This document shows, one piece after another, positions 1-17,137 of a DNA stretch of 64,000 nucleotides (positions are counted from its first letter, which is position 1; every line of letters begins with the position of its first letter). The position numbers were made by a program, and so were the translations under genes. The notes under the pieces were generated by a model that had not been told where the DNA came from, ran no database searches, and was given only the letters and a program-made list of their open reading frames with translations. The stretch is from assembly GCF_009914755.1 (NCBI RefSeq), contig NC_060937.1; one strand, written 5' to 3'. The DNA is from the human T2T-CHM13v2.0 reference genome, Homo sapiens.

Positions 1-706
1 GTGGACTTTTACATATAAAATCATTAAGAGGTGGGGCATGTGTCCATGCATGCTCAATAGATAAATAGGTAGGTGGATGACAGATATCAGGGGATAAGAA
101 TCACTTTCTAGGTTGCAGGGGTGGTGAATGGAACCAGATTCTCTAGGTAATTTGCAGATGATAAAGTCTGTGTAAACACAGTAATAGGAGAAGAGGTGTT
201 TTAAATATACTCAGCCACTTATGAGAAAATTATAACAGCTAAGAGAAAAGGATGTTTTGTTTCTTGGGTTTTAATAAATGTTTAATGAATGGAGTGGCAG
301 GCAATAGGGATACAGAGTCAGATAAAATACATTTCTGTCTTCAAAAAATTTGTAACTGGGAGTTGATGAAGTGTTTGGTTTTGTTTAGGTGATTAGTTTC
401 ATTTAGATGATTCAGATGCTAAGAAAGAAAACCATTATCACTTACTGAAAGTAGAAAGAAATACCCAAGGTTCTGGTCTTTGTGTTTTGCCTCACCTGCT
501 GTCCATATCCCAGTGTAGTGAGTTCACAGGGATTTCATTATTGATTCTGAACCTTTTAAGTACATAACCTTTAGAAATGCTCTTACTGCTTAAAGTACTG
601 TGAACATATCAATAAAACATTGTTTCTATGAAATAAGGAAATGGCTTTCTTTATCACGTTTACCCATTGTTTTTTAATCTATTTTAATTTTAAAATTTTT
701 CCCCAG

Positions 707-839
707 ATCTCTTACATGATCTCAGCATGGGCCAGAATGTGCAAAATCCTTGGAAAAGAATTTCAGCAATACCTTCCAGTGGTTATGGGGCCTTTAATGA
801 AGACGGCTTCAATTAAGCCCGAAGTAGCCCTTTTAGATA
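707..839 (+). CDS. IPO5: Importin-5 internal coding exon ([13 protein letters not shown]...EVALLD)
   Basis: ttttccccAG acceptor, GTAGGT donor, 44 codons + 1 nt; peptide matches recalled importin-5 HEAT-repeat sequence. Confidence 0.97.
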
Positions 840-928
840 GTAGGTGTCTTTAGAAGGAGCTATCGGTTATAATAGTTCTCTCTTTGTTATTATTTTTCAT
901 ATGCATTTGTTTTCTTCTCCGTTAATAG

Positions 929-1050
929 CCCAAGACATGGAGAATATGAGTGATGATGATGGTTGGGAATTTGTGAACCTTGGAGATCAGCAAAGCTTTG
1001 GTATTAAAACTGCAGGACTAGAAGAAAAATCAACTGCTTGCCAGATGTTG
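929..1050 (+). CDS. IPO5: Importin-5 coding exon ([15 protein letters not shown]...ACQML)
   Basis: tAG acceptor after an 89-nt intron, GTAAGA donor, phase continuous with previous exon. Confidence 0.97.
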
Positions 1051-1602
1051 GTAAGAGAGCACTGTTTTTACTAAACTTTTATTTTACATCTTATATACAT
1101 TTCATATGAGTGCTTTTAATAGCTGCTAAAGAAATTACTTTGGAGAGCCAGTAATATGTTCCTTAAAAAGTAAAGTTTTCTTTCCATTTTAAAGAAATCG
1201 TATGGATAAACCTTTCATTATCAGTGCTGTTTTAAATAGCAAAAAACAACAAATAGCCCAAATTCCTGTTAGTGGGAAGATGAATTACTGTGCCTTGGAG
1301 TAATATACAGCCATTACAAAAAGTTTATAAGCTACATGAGGGAAGGATTTTTGTTGGTTTTGTTCTTAGTCTATAGTAGGTGGCCATGGAATGTTTTTTA
1401 AACAAATGAACAGAAGTGTGTTCATGCTATTTAATGTGAAACAAAACTTGTATGATTTCAATTGTGTAAAAAAACAGATATGGCAGGAAAATCAAAATGT
1501 TCGGTTATTATCCCTTATGGTGTTTGTGGTGTGCATATGCATGTTTAGTTCCTAGTTTTCTTTTTGTTTTCTTTATGAGCATGCGTTTTAAAGTGAAGGA
1601 TA

Positions 1603-1918
<316 letters not shown>

Positions 1919-2080
1919 TAAAGTTAGATTTTAGAAATTAATGTATTTCTTATTGTCATCTTCAATACTTAGTATCTATAAATTATAAACACTTTGGATT
2001 TTTGTGGGTTTTTTCTCTCAACTGGAAAGCAAATACAAATAATAACATCTTTAAACAGAATTAATCTTTAGATGTAGTAG

Positions 2081-2640
<560 letters not shown>

Positions 2641-3082
2641 CATGATTTTTTAAAAATACAAAATAACAGAAGCGTTTTCTACAGATTTACAAAGTAAATG
2701 CTTCAATTAACTGATGGTTTCAGGGTTTTTTGTATCTTTTAGAATGATTTTTCCTCAATTAAGTGATAGATTTTGTTTGATGTATTGCTGAAACTTGCTG
2801 AATGGAATACGAATGATTCCAGCCTTTGAAGGGACAATATATACGACAATAATTTCCTTTTTTTTTTTCTTTTTGTCACTCACCAATACTACAATCATTT
2901 CATGACCCTTCTTTTAAGACTCTTTTTAGTTGGAAGACTAATTTGACAGTTCTACATGCAACTTTAAATGTAGTTCTAGTCAAAATACAACCTCCTGTGG
3001 TCCTTATGATTTTGCTGTTTGTTAATATTAATGCTTGAAGACTAACATGAATCTTTATTTCCTCCCAATACTTTGGTTACAG

Positions 3083-3179
3083 GTTTGCTATGCTAAGGAG
3101 TTAAAGGAAGGCTTTGTGGAGTACACCGAACAGGTTGTCAAACTGATGGTCCCTTTACTGAAATTTTATTTCCACGATG
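3083..3179 (+). CDS. IPO5: Importin-5 coding exon ([10 protein letters not shown]...KFYFHD)
   Basis: tacAG acceptor; ends at the non-GT donor ATATCCT; 32 codons + 1 nt; not in the supplied ORF track. Confidence 0.95.
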
Positions 3180-5383
<2,204 letters not shown>

Positions 5384-6076
5384 TAAATTTTTATATGCTA
5401 TAGTGTATGATTTGTTAAAAAATAAAAATGTTAAATTTTTTGTTTTAATATTTTGGTATTATTATGTTTGTTTTAAAGAGGGTAAATTTGCCTTGGAAGG
5501 GCAGTATAGGTAGAGGGAATGATATGGGCAGCAGCATGGAAGCATGCATTCTTTGGAAAAAGAGAAGAAATTCTGAATACTCTAGTATTTTAGTCTTGCA
5601 CTTAATAATCCAACTATAGAAGCTTGGGTATCATCTCCAGTTTCTGTTCTTTACACTTTCCTCAATTCTTCTCTTTTTTTTTTTTTTCATTGCCCCATCT
5701 CTTTTTCATGCCATTGAAATAGCCTCACTTGGGCTACTCCAGATGTCTCCTTTCTTTTCCTCTCAGTTCATTCTCCTTTCCTCAAGCACTGCCTTCCTCT
5801 TCATTGAGTCACTTCCTTTCTCATACAGTGTCACTCCCATTTTGCACAACTCTAGTTTGCTCCAATCTTGATTGAAGATTTACAGTTTCTCAGCATCTTT
5901 ATATGTCCTTATTTACACTCCTGTAATTCAGAATTGCTTCTGATTTTCCAAAGACAGCATGCTTCCATACCTTTGCCTATATTTTATTTCTTCTACCTCT
6001 AATGCCCTTCCTTCAGTGTTCTTGTATGTTGTGTGTACGGAGTATGGATATAGCAATTGTGTTCCTTAGGAGCTGG

Positions 6077-6077
<1 letters not shown>

Positions 6078-6113
<36 letters not shown>
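6078..6113. repeat. (TG)n microsatellite
   Basis: About 18 perfect TG units. Confidence 0.97.
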
Positions 6114-6118
<5 letters not shown>

Positions 6119-6372
6119 CATCTTTGAATCCTCAGTACCAAGCATGATGCCTGGCACCTAGGTATGCTCAGTAGTGTTCAAAAGAAAATATTTTTTTCTA
6201 ACTCCAATCTCTAAAATGCTGTCATTCTAACAAATACAAGCTAAGCATATGTAAATAATCTTCCAGGATACTGAACTGTGTTCATTTTTCCATATGATTC
6301 TTAGTGGAGTTTAACTTTGGACTCCAAACACCCCAAATCTTATGGATTGCTTTCTTTCCTCAACCTCATTAG

Positions 6373-6484
6373 TGCATTGAAGTAATGGGAGATGGATGCC
6401 TTAATAATGAACACTTTGAAGAACTGGGAGGTATATTGAAAGCAAAGCTTGAAGAACATTTTAAAAATCAAGAATTACGACAAG
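6373..6484 (+). CDS. IPO5: Importin-5 coding exon (CIEVMGDG...NQELRQ)
   Basis: tAG acceptor, GTAAGT donor, frame continuous. Confidence 0.97.
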
Positions 6485-6568
6485 GTAAGTTTTCCATGCT
6501 TTTATTTCTGAATATAATCCTTGACCATCTTGGCAATCATTTAAAACATTTATTTGGGTGTGTTTTAG

Positions 6569-6624
6569 TTAAAAGACAAGATGAAGACTATGATGAACAG
6601 GTCGAAGAGTCACTACAAGATGAG
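6569..6624 (+). CDS. IPO5: Importin-5 coding exon ([19 protein letters not shown])
   Basis: ttttAG acceptor, GTAAGT donor, frame continuous. Confidence 0.96.
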
Positions 6625-7571
6625 GTAAGTTATTCCCTTTGGAACTTACTTACGTGACCACTTGCATCTGAAAGACTTGTAAATGCCTCAATTTCTGATT
6701 TATGTGACTTGTCATTCTGATGTAATTATCAGTCTTTAGCAGAGGAGTCAGATATATTTCCTCTCTTAATTTATGAATAAGTAATTTGAAATTAAACTGA
6801 TATGTCTTTCGGTGCTATGTGCATTTTGTTGTAATACCTCACTCAACAAAACACCTTGAGGTTTACCTAGTTCATTTACATACTGCTCACAACAACCATT
6901 TGTATTTTGTGGTGCTTTCACTATATTAAAGATGAGTAACCTAAAATTCCAGTGTTAAATGATTGCCTAGAGTCACACTGTTGACGGTCTGGGGCCTTTT
7001 TCACCATGTTACTTAGTTCTCTCATCAAACCACCTAGGACTGTCAAGCATACTTCATTGTGTGTTTAGAGTCCAGCATCTCATATGTGGCCACTTGGTGG
7101 GCCAGTGCTACCGTGTAGGTAGTACCAGCTTCCTGAAGGTGCCCACATGCTTGTAGGCCCAAATTGCCACTAACAGCGAGACCCCATTCTCCCCACCATC
7201 CACCCCGAAATGAGGATTATTCTGCTGAAAACAAAGTAAAAATAGTGAAAACACCTTTGTTTCAGAATGTAGAAATTAGAGATAATTTTTCAACCCATCT
7301 ATTTTAAGTATGTTCCAAGGAAAATCTTTGCAATAAATACAGTTCTTGCCACACACCTTTGTCTTTCGAGGTAAGACTGGCCTTTGATTAGTAAGAGACA
7401 TGATAACCCACACTTGAGGGTTACTCCGGTCTCTAGACTCTTGATTTACCCTTAAAACAGGAATGAGAAATTGATTTTCTGCATTTTTTAAGGTTTTTAT
7501 AAATGTTACTATTGATAATAGAAAATATACTTTTTAATCCATATGAGTGTTTATGTGTATGTTTTTTTTAG

Positions 7572-7694
7572 GATGATAATGATGTTTATATTCTGACCAA
7601 AGTGTCAGATATTTTACACTCAATATTCAGTAGCTACAAAGAAAAGGTGTTACCATGGTTTGAACAGCTGCTTCCATTAATTGTCAACCTCATT
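7572..7694 (+). CDS. IPO5: Importin-5 coding exon ([10 protein letters not shown]...LIVNLI)
   Basis: Poly-T AG acceptor, GTAAGT donor, 41 codons. Confidence 0.97.
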
Positions 7695-8163
7695 GTAAGT
7701 GTTACCTCTCTTAATAGTTGTTTTGCGTAGTTTACCTGGAATTCTTTTCACTGCAACGTAAAATCTAATGCTTGAAGTTAAAATGGGTCTCAGAAATGAT
7801 TGTTTCCATTGTACATCTTTGATTTTATCAAGTTGACTGCATTACCCTGGATATTTTCTCATTCATTATATGCTTGAAGATTCCTAACTTGGTTTTCCAT
7901 AGGCCAATTCAGTTCTAACACATCTGAAAGATATATAAGTGATTTTTTTTATTATTTCAGATTATCTGTGCCCTCCTAAATTAATAAAAGGAAACAGAAT
8001 GGTTACTTCTTTTTTAGTGGACCATAGATAATTCAATTATCTTTGTTATGTACTACCAGCAATCATGGATTATGGATAATGGGCATATATATATATATAT
8101 GTATTTTTTTTTTACCTTCTCTCACCCTTATATTTGATTTTTTTAAAATGTTTTATAGACTTC

Positions 8164-8808
8164 TTTTTGTTTGTTTGTTTGTTTGTTTTTCTCAAGATGG
8201 AGTCTTGCTCTGTCGCCCAGGCTGGAGTGCAGTGGTGCAATCTCGGCTCACTGCAACCTCCGCCTTCTGGGTTCAAGCAATTCAGACGCACGCCACCACA
8301 CCCGACGAATTTTTTGTATTTTAGTAGAGATGGGGTTTCACCATGTTGACCAGGCTGGTCTCCAACTCCTGACCTAGTGATCCACCCGCCTCGGCCTCCC
8401 AAAGTGCTGGGATTACAGGCATGAGCCACTGCGCCCAGGCCTATGCTTCCTATTTTAAAGCAGTTTTAGATTCACAACCAAATTGAACAGGAGGTACAGA
8501 GATTTCCCATGTGCCTCTGCCCCTGTGCGTGCATGGCCTCAGCACCATTAACACCCCCCATCACAGTAGTAGATACATGTGTTTCTGTTATGGACCTACA
8601 TCAACACATCATATAATGGCCTATGTGTATTCAGTTTTTTTGTTTGTTTTGTTTTTTTGTATTTTTAGTTGTGTTTTTTTGTTGGGTTTTTAGTAGAGAT
8701 GGGGTTTCACCATATCGGCCAGACTGGTCTCAACCTCCTGACCTTGTGATCCGCCCACTTTGGCCTCCTAAAGTGCTGGGATTACAGGCGTGAGCCACCT
8801 CGCCTGGC
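8164..8808 (-). mobile_element. Alu (~8164-8441), short L1M-like fragment, partial Alu (~8680-8808)
   Basis: Alu motifs; the intervening segment resembles an old L1 3' end. Confidence 0.8.
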
Positions 8809-9327
8809 TGTGTATTCGGTTTTTAAAAAATATATTATAAATTAGCAGCTATCATCAGATGTTTGGAATTTTTCTTTTTGGCTTTCAATTTTGCATTTTA
8901 TTGTATTAAGTAGTGCAGTACATTTTTTAAAAGATTCGGGCACACATGACTTAGCCTGTTGAATAAATGCTATAAGTTAAGATCTTTGCAGCTTTTATTA
9001 TTATTGTATTTTTTTAATGTAGCATTACCATTGTCTTTTTTACAAAGTAAATTTATACACAATGCTTCCACTGTCAGTTCTTCTGTGTGATAGTGTCAGA
9101 TTGTAGAGTTCTGTAACAAATCATACAAGTCTTTGAAACCTAAATTTTATTAAATCTGTGTATTTGATTGAATATCGTTGGTCACAAGAAGTGGTTGTTA
9201 CTATGTTTTCTTTTTTCTTTTGCCTGTATCAGGAATATCAATGTAAGCAGATAGTCTATAGTGAATATTTCTTTACATTCTTTGTGTACACCAGTATTTG
9301 AAGCTTAAAAGAGAATTTCTTTTGTAG

Positions 9328-9547
9328 TGTCCACATAGACCATGGCCAGACAGACAATGGGGATTATGCATCTTTGATGATGTCATAGAACACTGTAGTC
9401 CAGCCTCATTTAAATACGCAGAATATTTCTTAAGACCAATGCTCCAATATGTATGTGACAACAGCCCAGAAGTCAGGCAAGCAGCTGCATATGGCCTGGG
9501 AGTCATGGCACAGTACGGTGGAGATAATTATCGCCCTTTTTGTACAG
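9328..9547 (+). CDS. IPO5: Importin-5 coding exon ([11 protein letters not shown]...RPFCT)
   Basis: ttttgtAG acceptor, GTACGT donor, frame continuous. Confidence 0.97.
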
Positions 9548-9806
9548 GTACGTTTGCTTATTCCGTTACGTGCATTTCATTCCAGACATCCTGTGAATCC
9601 CTACTTTACTCTCTTTACCACACTCCCAAACATTATTTGCCTATTTCTGCTGTAGTCTGTTTTCAGACATCTCATCTGTAGCATTTAGGATTTTAGATGA
9701 TAAAAAGATGATTTATTCTCATAGAAATAGAATCAAAGACATCCCCTGCCCCCAGCCTTCCAGGGTGCATTTCTCTTTGCGTTTTGGCAATATACAACAG
9801 CCTTAG

Positions 9807-10092
<286 letters not shown>

Positions 10093-10422
10093 AGAATAGG
10101 ACTTTTAAAACTTACTGGGGAATATAGTTAGGCAGCTTTTAAAGTTTAAGGACCCTCGGGTGATGTGATGAGTACTGTAAATCTGGAGGCCACTAATCTC
10201 TCTGGGTCTCTAAGTTAGTAGAGGGCTAGTGCTCCTGTCCATGCTGGGGCAGTCCCCCCTCTGTTGCCATTCTGTAATGACATAGCCAAGAAGACAACAC
10301 TTCCCATACACTTTAACATTTCTTTACCATAATCAATATCTGAACCAAATACAAAAATACATATATTCATTTGCATGAAAATGTGAGGTTTTAGCTGAAC
10401 TTCTTTCAAATGCTTATTTTAG

Positions 10423-10651
10423 AAGCACTTCCCCTGCTGGTAAGAGTTATTCAGTCTGCGGATTCTAAGACCAAAGAAAATGTCAATGCTACAGAGAACT
10501 GCATCTCAGCAGTAGGGAAAATCATGAAGTTCAAGCCTGACTGTGTAAACGTTGAAGAGGTCCTTCCACACTGGTTGTCTTGGCTTCCACTACATGAAGA
10601 TAAAGAAGAAGCTGTTCAGACTTTCAATTATCTGTGTGACCTGATTGAAAG
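10423..10651 (+). CDS. IPO5: Importin-5 coding exon (EALPLLVRV...LCDLIE)
   Basis: ttttAG acceptor, GTAGGA donor, frame continuous. Confidence 0.96.
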
Positions 10652-10894
10652 GTAGGAAAGCAGACTGTGACCTTATTTCCTTCTCCTCCACAGTGCTTCC
10701 TGGTTTTTCTTGCCTAACATCAGTCTTTTAAGGTTTAACCACATGATCTCTGCACAGTCCTCAGTTGTATAGGTTTATAATAGTGCTGTCTTTATAAATC
10801 ATATTAAGAAACCATATCACAGTTAACATTGCCCTTATAATAAGGTCTAATTTTGAGTTATTCTTTATGAAATTAGATTCAACAGATGAGGCAC

Positions 10895-11138
<244 letters not shown>

Positions 11139-11833
11139 TAGGTTATGAATAAATTCAAGGGCTACAACCACTGCCACTATTGTAGCAATAGGCCAACAGG
11201 TATATTCTCCATACTTGTTTAAGTTCAGGTTCACATAAGAAATGGGTTTGAGTCTTCCACTGACCATATCATTAAGGAATGTAACAGCCATCCTGCAGAC
11301 TACATACTCCTGACCTGCTCCTACATCTGAAATGACCAGGTCTTAATCATGCTATTTGATCATCTTCCTTGGAAACGACTACTCTGAAATTCTCTTAGTG
11401 ACAAAGACTAGAATTCTTAAATTCGCTATCAGGTTTTTTCCCATTAAACTTGCCTGAGTTTATTTCCCAGTTTATTCTTGAAATGTTTATATAATTTTTT
11501 TGAACTTCAGAGTTATTTTAGAAGCTATTTTGTAGTAGCAAAATAAAACTTGTGTTAAACTTATTTTTAATAATACAAAACATTTTTTTTAACACATCAC
11601 AAATTATTTATAAGGTATTTAGAGCATTCTGTTGTTTGGCCCTTAAAACAATCCTGAGAGATGAGCCCAGTATTTTTTTTTTCTAATTTATGTAGAAAGA
11701 AACTAAAGAGTTCATATATAAGATTGGCTGGTTTTCTTCCTACTGAATTTAAAAGGCCATTGATTTTAGTGAACACATAATCATATTTCTCCTTATAAAT
11801 TTCACTTACTAAGGTTTTCTTCTCATTTGTCAG

Positions 11834-11975
11834 TAATCATCCAATTGTTCTTGGCCCAAACAATACCAATCTGCCCAAAATATTTAGTATAATTGCGGAA
11901 GGAGAAATGCACGAGGCAATTAAACATGAAGATCCTTGTGCCAAACGTCTGGCCAATGTCGTTCGCCAAGTACAG
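11834..11975 (+). CDS. IPO5: Importin-5 penultimate coding exon (SNHPIVLGP...VVRQVQ)
   Basis: gtcAG acceptor, GTAAGC donor, frame continuous. Confidence 0.97.
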
Positions 11976-12577
11976 GTAAGCTGATTTGGTTGAATTGGGG
12001 AGGGGGAGATAAAACCTTTTTTTCTTTGTAGTCCTCTATGAGAAGAAACTAGAAATCTAATGAGCTAAGGAATTTTATTTTTATATTTTCATAGTCTCTT
12101 GTCTCCAAGCCTCAAATGGATTATACTTAATGTAATCCATCCGTATGTACTTATTATTTATTAGAATTAAAACCTTCATCTTAGGACATTTTGAGCTTAC
12201 CAGTTGGTGCTTAACACAAGCTTATGTGTAGTTTTTCTGCCTATCTTAAGAAAAAAAAACAAGATTTAATAATAACTTGTCATCTGCCAAAAAACTTTAT
12301 ATGATTTTTACTTCCTATATTCATGTGGTATATGGGTTACTTTAAGATGTTACCTGCTTAGTGTAGCTTTTTCAGTGCAAAAATGAAGAAAACTTACTGG
12401 AAATGAAATGAACTTTAAAAAAATGAACAGATTTCTTGCTTTTACAATGATACTCATCAAAATAATGTACCTAGGGAGAAGGTATTTTGCCATGATTACA
12501 GTTTACCTATGATGATGATTAAAATCCTTCCAAATGAGCATTTCGTCCTAAGTCTGTGAAAATGTTTCTTTCCCTAG

Positions 12578-12664
12578 ACTTCTGGAGGACTGTGGACTGA
12601 GTGCATAGCACAGCTCAGTCCTGAGCAGCAGGCCGCCATTCAGGAGCTCCTGAACTCTGCGTGA
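12578..12664 (+). CDS. IPO5: Importin-5 terminal coding exon (TSGGLWTE...ELLNSA*)
   Basis: tttccctAG acceptor; TGA at 12662-12664; matches recalled C-terminus. Confidence 0.97.
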   Translation, partial: TSGGLWTECIAQLSPEQQAAIQELLNSA

Positions 12665-12700
12665 AGGGCCTTAATGTCACCCACCAGAAAACTAACTCCA

Positions 12701-12706
12701 AATAAA
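12701..12706 (+). terminator. Proximal poly(A) signal AATAAA
   Basis: AATAAA followed by a U/GU-rich tract at about 12725-12745. Confidence 0.7.
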
Positions 12707-13303
12707 CGCTTACCCTTTCCTTTAGGTTTCTTTGTTTTGTTTTTGAGCAAAAGAGATCGGTAGTGTTGTGTGTAGGCCATTCTTCTGGAGAGCCACAAGC
12801 AGGAAGAGCAGCGCTGTGTTGCAGAATGGAGTTTCCATGGATTTCTACCAGACCACTGAAGGAGTTCCTGGAAGCCCTGCGGTAGCTAGCACTGAAGACT
12901 ATTTTTCTATTGGTATAACCCGCCCACCTGAAGGGGAAAGGGAAATCAAATTAATTTTTCTCGTTAGACATAAGGAAATTTAAGGAAAAACAGCTTTAAG
13001 AACAGTTACTCAGCGTAGATGTGTGTTCACACAAATTGCTCTGCATTCAGTGTTCATTGTGAATTGGGAGTGTGAGTCTTTCTGTAGGGTAGAAAGAAGC
13101 CTCCTACCCAGCAAACCAGTAGACCCAAAAGTTGAAAAAAACTGATGACAGACAACAAGCATGAAGATGGCATATTTGATGTCACTTTGGTTCTTTTTCC
13201 CAGAAGGCTTATACAGTGACTCAGTCGGGAAGCTTTCCAGCTTCCAGCCCTTGAATGTGAAGTGTCATTGGCATGTCTGGCAGTAGTCTCTCATTCACTC
13301 CTC

Positions 13304-13309
13304 AATAAA
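13304..13309 (+). terminator. Candidate poly(A) signal AATAAA
   Basis: Canonical hexamer within the 3' UTR. Confidence 0.45.
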
Positions 13310-13899
13310 CAACATTGAATACAAAAGAGGCTTGTGTAAAAACTCAGTACTGTCTGGCTTGGATTCATTTCATGTTTTTAATATAAGAATGATCTAATAT
13401 TTTTTTAAAGTAATAGCTATCAGTAATAGCTGAGTGTTTTTTCCCCTAATATTTTCCTTGTGCAATTCAGACTTAAGCATCGAGTTTTTACCATCTTCCA
13501 CTTTAAGCTAAGTTATGATACCTATTCCATTCACAATTGGTGTTCTTTTTAAGGTTTGCAAATTTCAGCCAATTTTGTAGCTAAGATTGTTCTGATCAGC
13601 TCAAAAAGATTTGGCTTAGTGTTTTCATTGCAAATTATAATTGCTGTAGAGCCACACACAACTTTTGAACTTTTAATTATAAGTGTTATGGCTAAAGTTA
13701 TTTACTGAAAATTTCAGTAAAATGTGTGAATGTTTCTTTATGTATTAACCTCATAGCAGTAAATGACTTGCTGTTGTTTAATTTTTCTAAGGCATCTTAA
13801 TAGACTTCTGTTGAAAACTTCAGTGTTAACATTTTTATAGTTTGTACTAAATTTAACCGTGATATAAAAATGAATTTTATGCATAGATCAGAATTTTAA

Positions 13900-13942
13900 A
13901 TTAAAGGTTTTTTCTTTAAATGATTTGTATTACTTTATTAAA
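13900..13942 (+). terminator. Candidate poly(A) signals, 2x ATTAAA
   Basis: ATTAAA at 13900 and 13937 in U-rich context with upstream TGTA motifs. Confidence 0.5.
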
Positions 13943-15119
13943 ACTAAATCTGAAATGGAATAGAAAATAGAATGGATTACATACAGATGGTTTCCTTGTT
14001 AGCAGATGCCCTTCAAATATATTTTACGTTTGCAGCACAACACCATTGCCCGGAGGCTTCCGAATCTAGCAAAGCAGCATATTAAATGACTCCACCTGCG
14101 CAGTCCTTGTGTTCAGTGGATGAATACCTGTGGGCTCTTGTAATGTGTGGTAATATTTGGAGCTTTATAGCCTGTATTCCTTGGGAGAAAAAAATGGGAA
14201 TTGGAGTAAAAAGTGTGTCAAGACAACCCCTTTCTGCTTTCTTATGTAGCATCTGCAAAGCCGATTCATGTACTGATGCCAATCAGCTAGAGCAATGTAG
14301 GCTTTTTTTAATTTAAATTATTACTACACTTTATTACTACACTTGCAGAAAAGAAACATGTTAAAATCATGGCACACCTGCAGAATTTCAGATGACAGTG
14401 TGGTCAGAAGATGTTTTTTGGGAGAACCTAGTGTTTGCTGGGCACTATGCTAAGCACTTTGGGAGCAAGAACCTCCTACCTTCCAGTTTAAACACTAGTG
14501 GTATTGTCAGATGCCGTTAGTATCTGAGATGTACTTACGGCAGGGTTCTAAGAGCTCTGAAAGAAGCGCTCTGTTAGATGCAGACTGGCAGCATCCTCCT
14601 TGATAAAAGCAGAAAAGCAAAGAGGTAATTGGAGTTGAATCAAGTTAATAGGGAAGGTTGGTAGTAAATGCTGTTAGTGTGACATGATTCTGAAACCCAG
14701 AGCTCAGAACTAACTGTGAGATGTACCATGAACTAACAATTCTTTGAAAGGACCTGCAGAAGCATTTTTAATACCTCATTCTGTCTATGCAAGATGAAAA
14801 TCCATGGAGTTTTTTCTTGGCTTTTGTACCAAATTTAGGGGTCTTGCATGTCAGCAAGTGATATATATTGTTTATAAATGCAAGCTATTTCTGGAGGGGA
14901 AAAATGTGTGTGGCTCTTACGTTTTCTGGGAATTTTGTAACAAGTTACACGCACAAGTGTTAGAAACTTTGGCATAACTCAATTTGGAGTATTTTTTAAA
15001 TGCTGTATCTTTAAAGAAAAGTAAAATTGTCTTAAATCTAATTGACACTTCTGTAATGAGAGGCAACCTTATAACTCTGGAGTTGTAGTTTGACAGAACC
15101 ATCAGTAAAGACATAAGCA

Positions 15120-15155
15120 AATAAATGGTCTTGGTGCACCTGGTCTGATAATAAA
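15120..15155 (+). terminator. Distal poly(A) signals, 2x AATAAA
   Basis: AATAAA at 15120 and 15150, shortly before repeat-rich DNA resumes. Confidence 0.6.
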
Positions 15156-15330
15156 TAAGGGGGGTGCTTACTTACAGTCTTGCAAGCATTATATTTTTAT
15201 GATCTAATCTTTTGAGTGAGTGCCTGTTTAAGCAACGTGAAAGGCTAAGGAGCTAGCTAAATGTTTTAATAACTGCTTCATTCTGCCTAGGAGGATTGTT
15301 GGGTCAGTTTTCTCTGCTGCACAGAAATCA

Positions 15331-15684
<354 letters not shown>

Positions 15685-16399
15685 TTAACAGCCAAAACCT
15701 GCCATGTTTGCTATTCCTAAGCAGATTTTCTTTCTCGGCCCTAAAAGTATGAGTACCACTATTAGAAGAAGAAAGTGAATGATCCACAATGTATGCACAT
15801 CACACTTGGGAGGAAGCATGAATATTTATTTCCAGCACTTGGAACTTCTGAATGGTGGTGCTGAGGAGCAGGGGTTAATTCTAACAACATCCTGCCCTAG
15901 ACTTAAACCCTTTTTTCCCCACACAGCTGTAACCCTTACAGTGTATGCCAGACAACATTTGGGCTGATTATTTCTATGTATTTATTATATTTGGATGAAT
16001 ACAAACATTTTAAAGATAAATTATAGCTATATTATTCACTTCTCAATGAATCCAAAAGTGGTACAATATAATTTTTTGTAAAACATTACAAAAAATTTTT
16101 TCTAAATTCCACTAAGGCAGCAGAGTATAATTATGAAATCTGTTCTTTCATGATTCAGGAGCTTTCATTGTGTATTTCCTTTTGATTGATCTATCATTTC
16201 TGTCCTCTTGACTAGCATTCAGATTGTAATGGAAACCAGAATAGTGCCACTTGATATGAATCAGAAATTAGTTCCCCTATTTCCCCTAAAAGTTTTGTAA
16301 CAGATGGGTAGAAAATGTAAGAGTTTGGATCAGCCCGACAACTTGCTCCTGTGATCCTAAGGTGCACCATAAAAGACCATGGTGCTGTATGGTTAAGAC

Positions 16400-16608
16400 C
16401 AGAGGTTGGCAAATGTGTTCTCTAAGTTCGAGATAGTAAATATTTTAGCACTCGTCACCGAACAAGTATGTGTTTGCAAGTTATAGGGTCTCACAAACCG
16501 CTTAGCCGTTGCAGTGCGAAAGCAGTCATGGACCATAGTAAACAAACGGGTTTGGCTGTATCCCAGTGAAACTTGACAAAAGAGGCTAGCCATAGCTGCT
16601 GACCTCTG
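16400..16608 (+). mobile_element. MER58A-like hAT-Charlie DNA transposon relic
   Basis: Terminal inverted repeats CAGAGGTTGGCA / TGCTGACCTCTG and internal gatagtaaatattttag motif. Confidence 0.8.
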
Positions 16609-16789
16609 AATCAAATCACTGTGTCAGTTAAAAAATCCCAGTCTACCATGTACTCAGCTTACCTAACCTCTGTATGCCTTAGTTTCCTTCTCTGTAAAAT
16701 GGGAACAATAATAGTACATACCTTATAGAGGGTTCAGATGGATTTAGAAGCCAGGCACATTAAGCATTAGCTATCAGAATTACACCTAA

Positions 16790-17137
<348 letters not shown>

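Larger units (their letters stand above)
12665..15150 (+). other. IPO5: IPO5 3' UTR (longest plausible extent)
   Basis: AT-rich, Alu-free sequence after the stop, up to paired AATAAA at 15120 and 15150; the end point is inferred. Confidence 0.65.

Noticed and set aside
840-928. 89-nt intron as a retained coding segment
   Set aside because: Not a multiple of 3, with an in-frame TAG at 851-853
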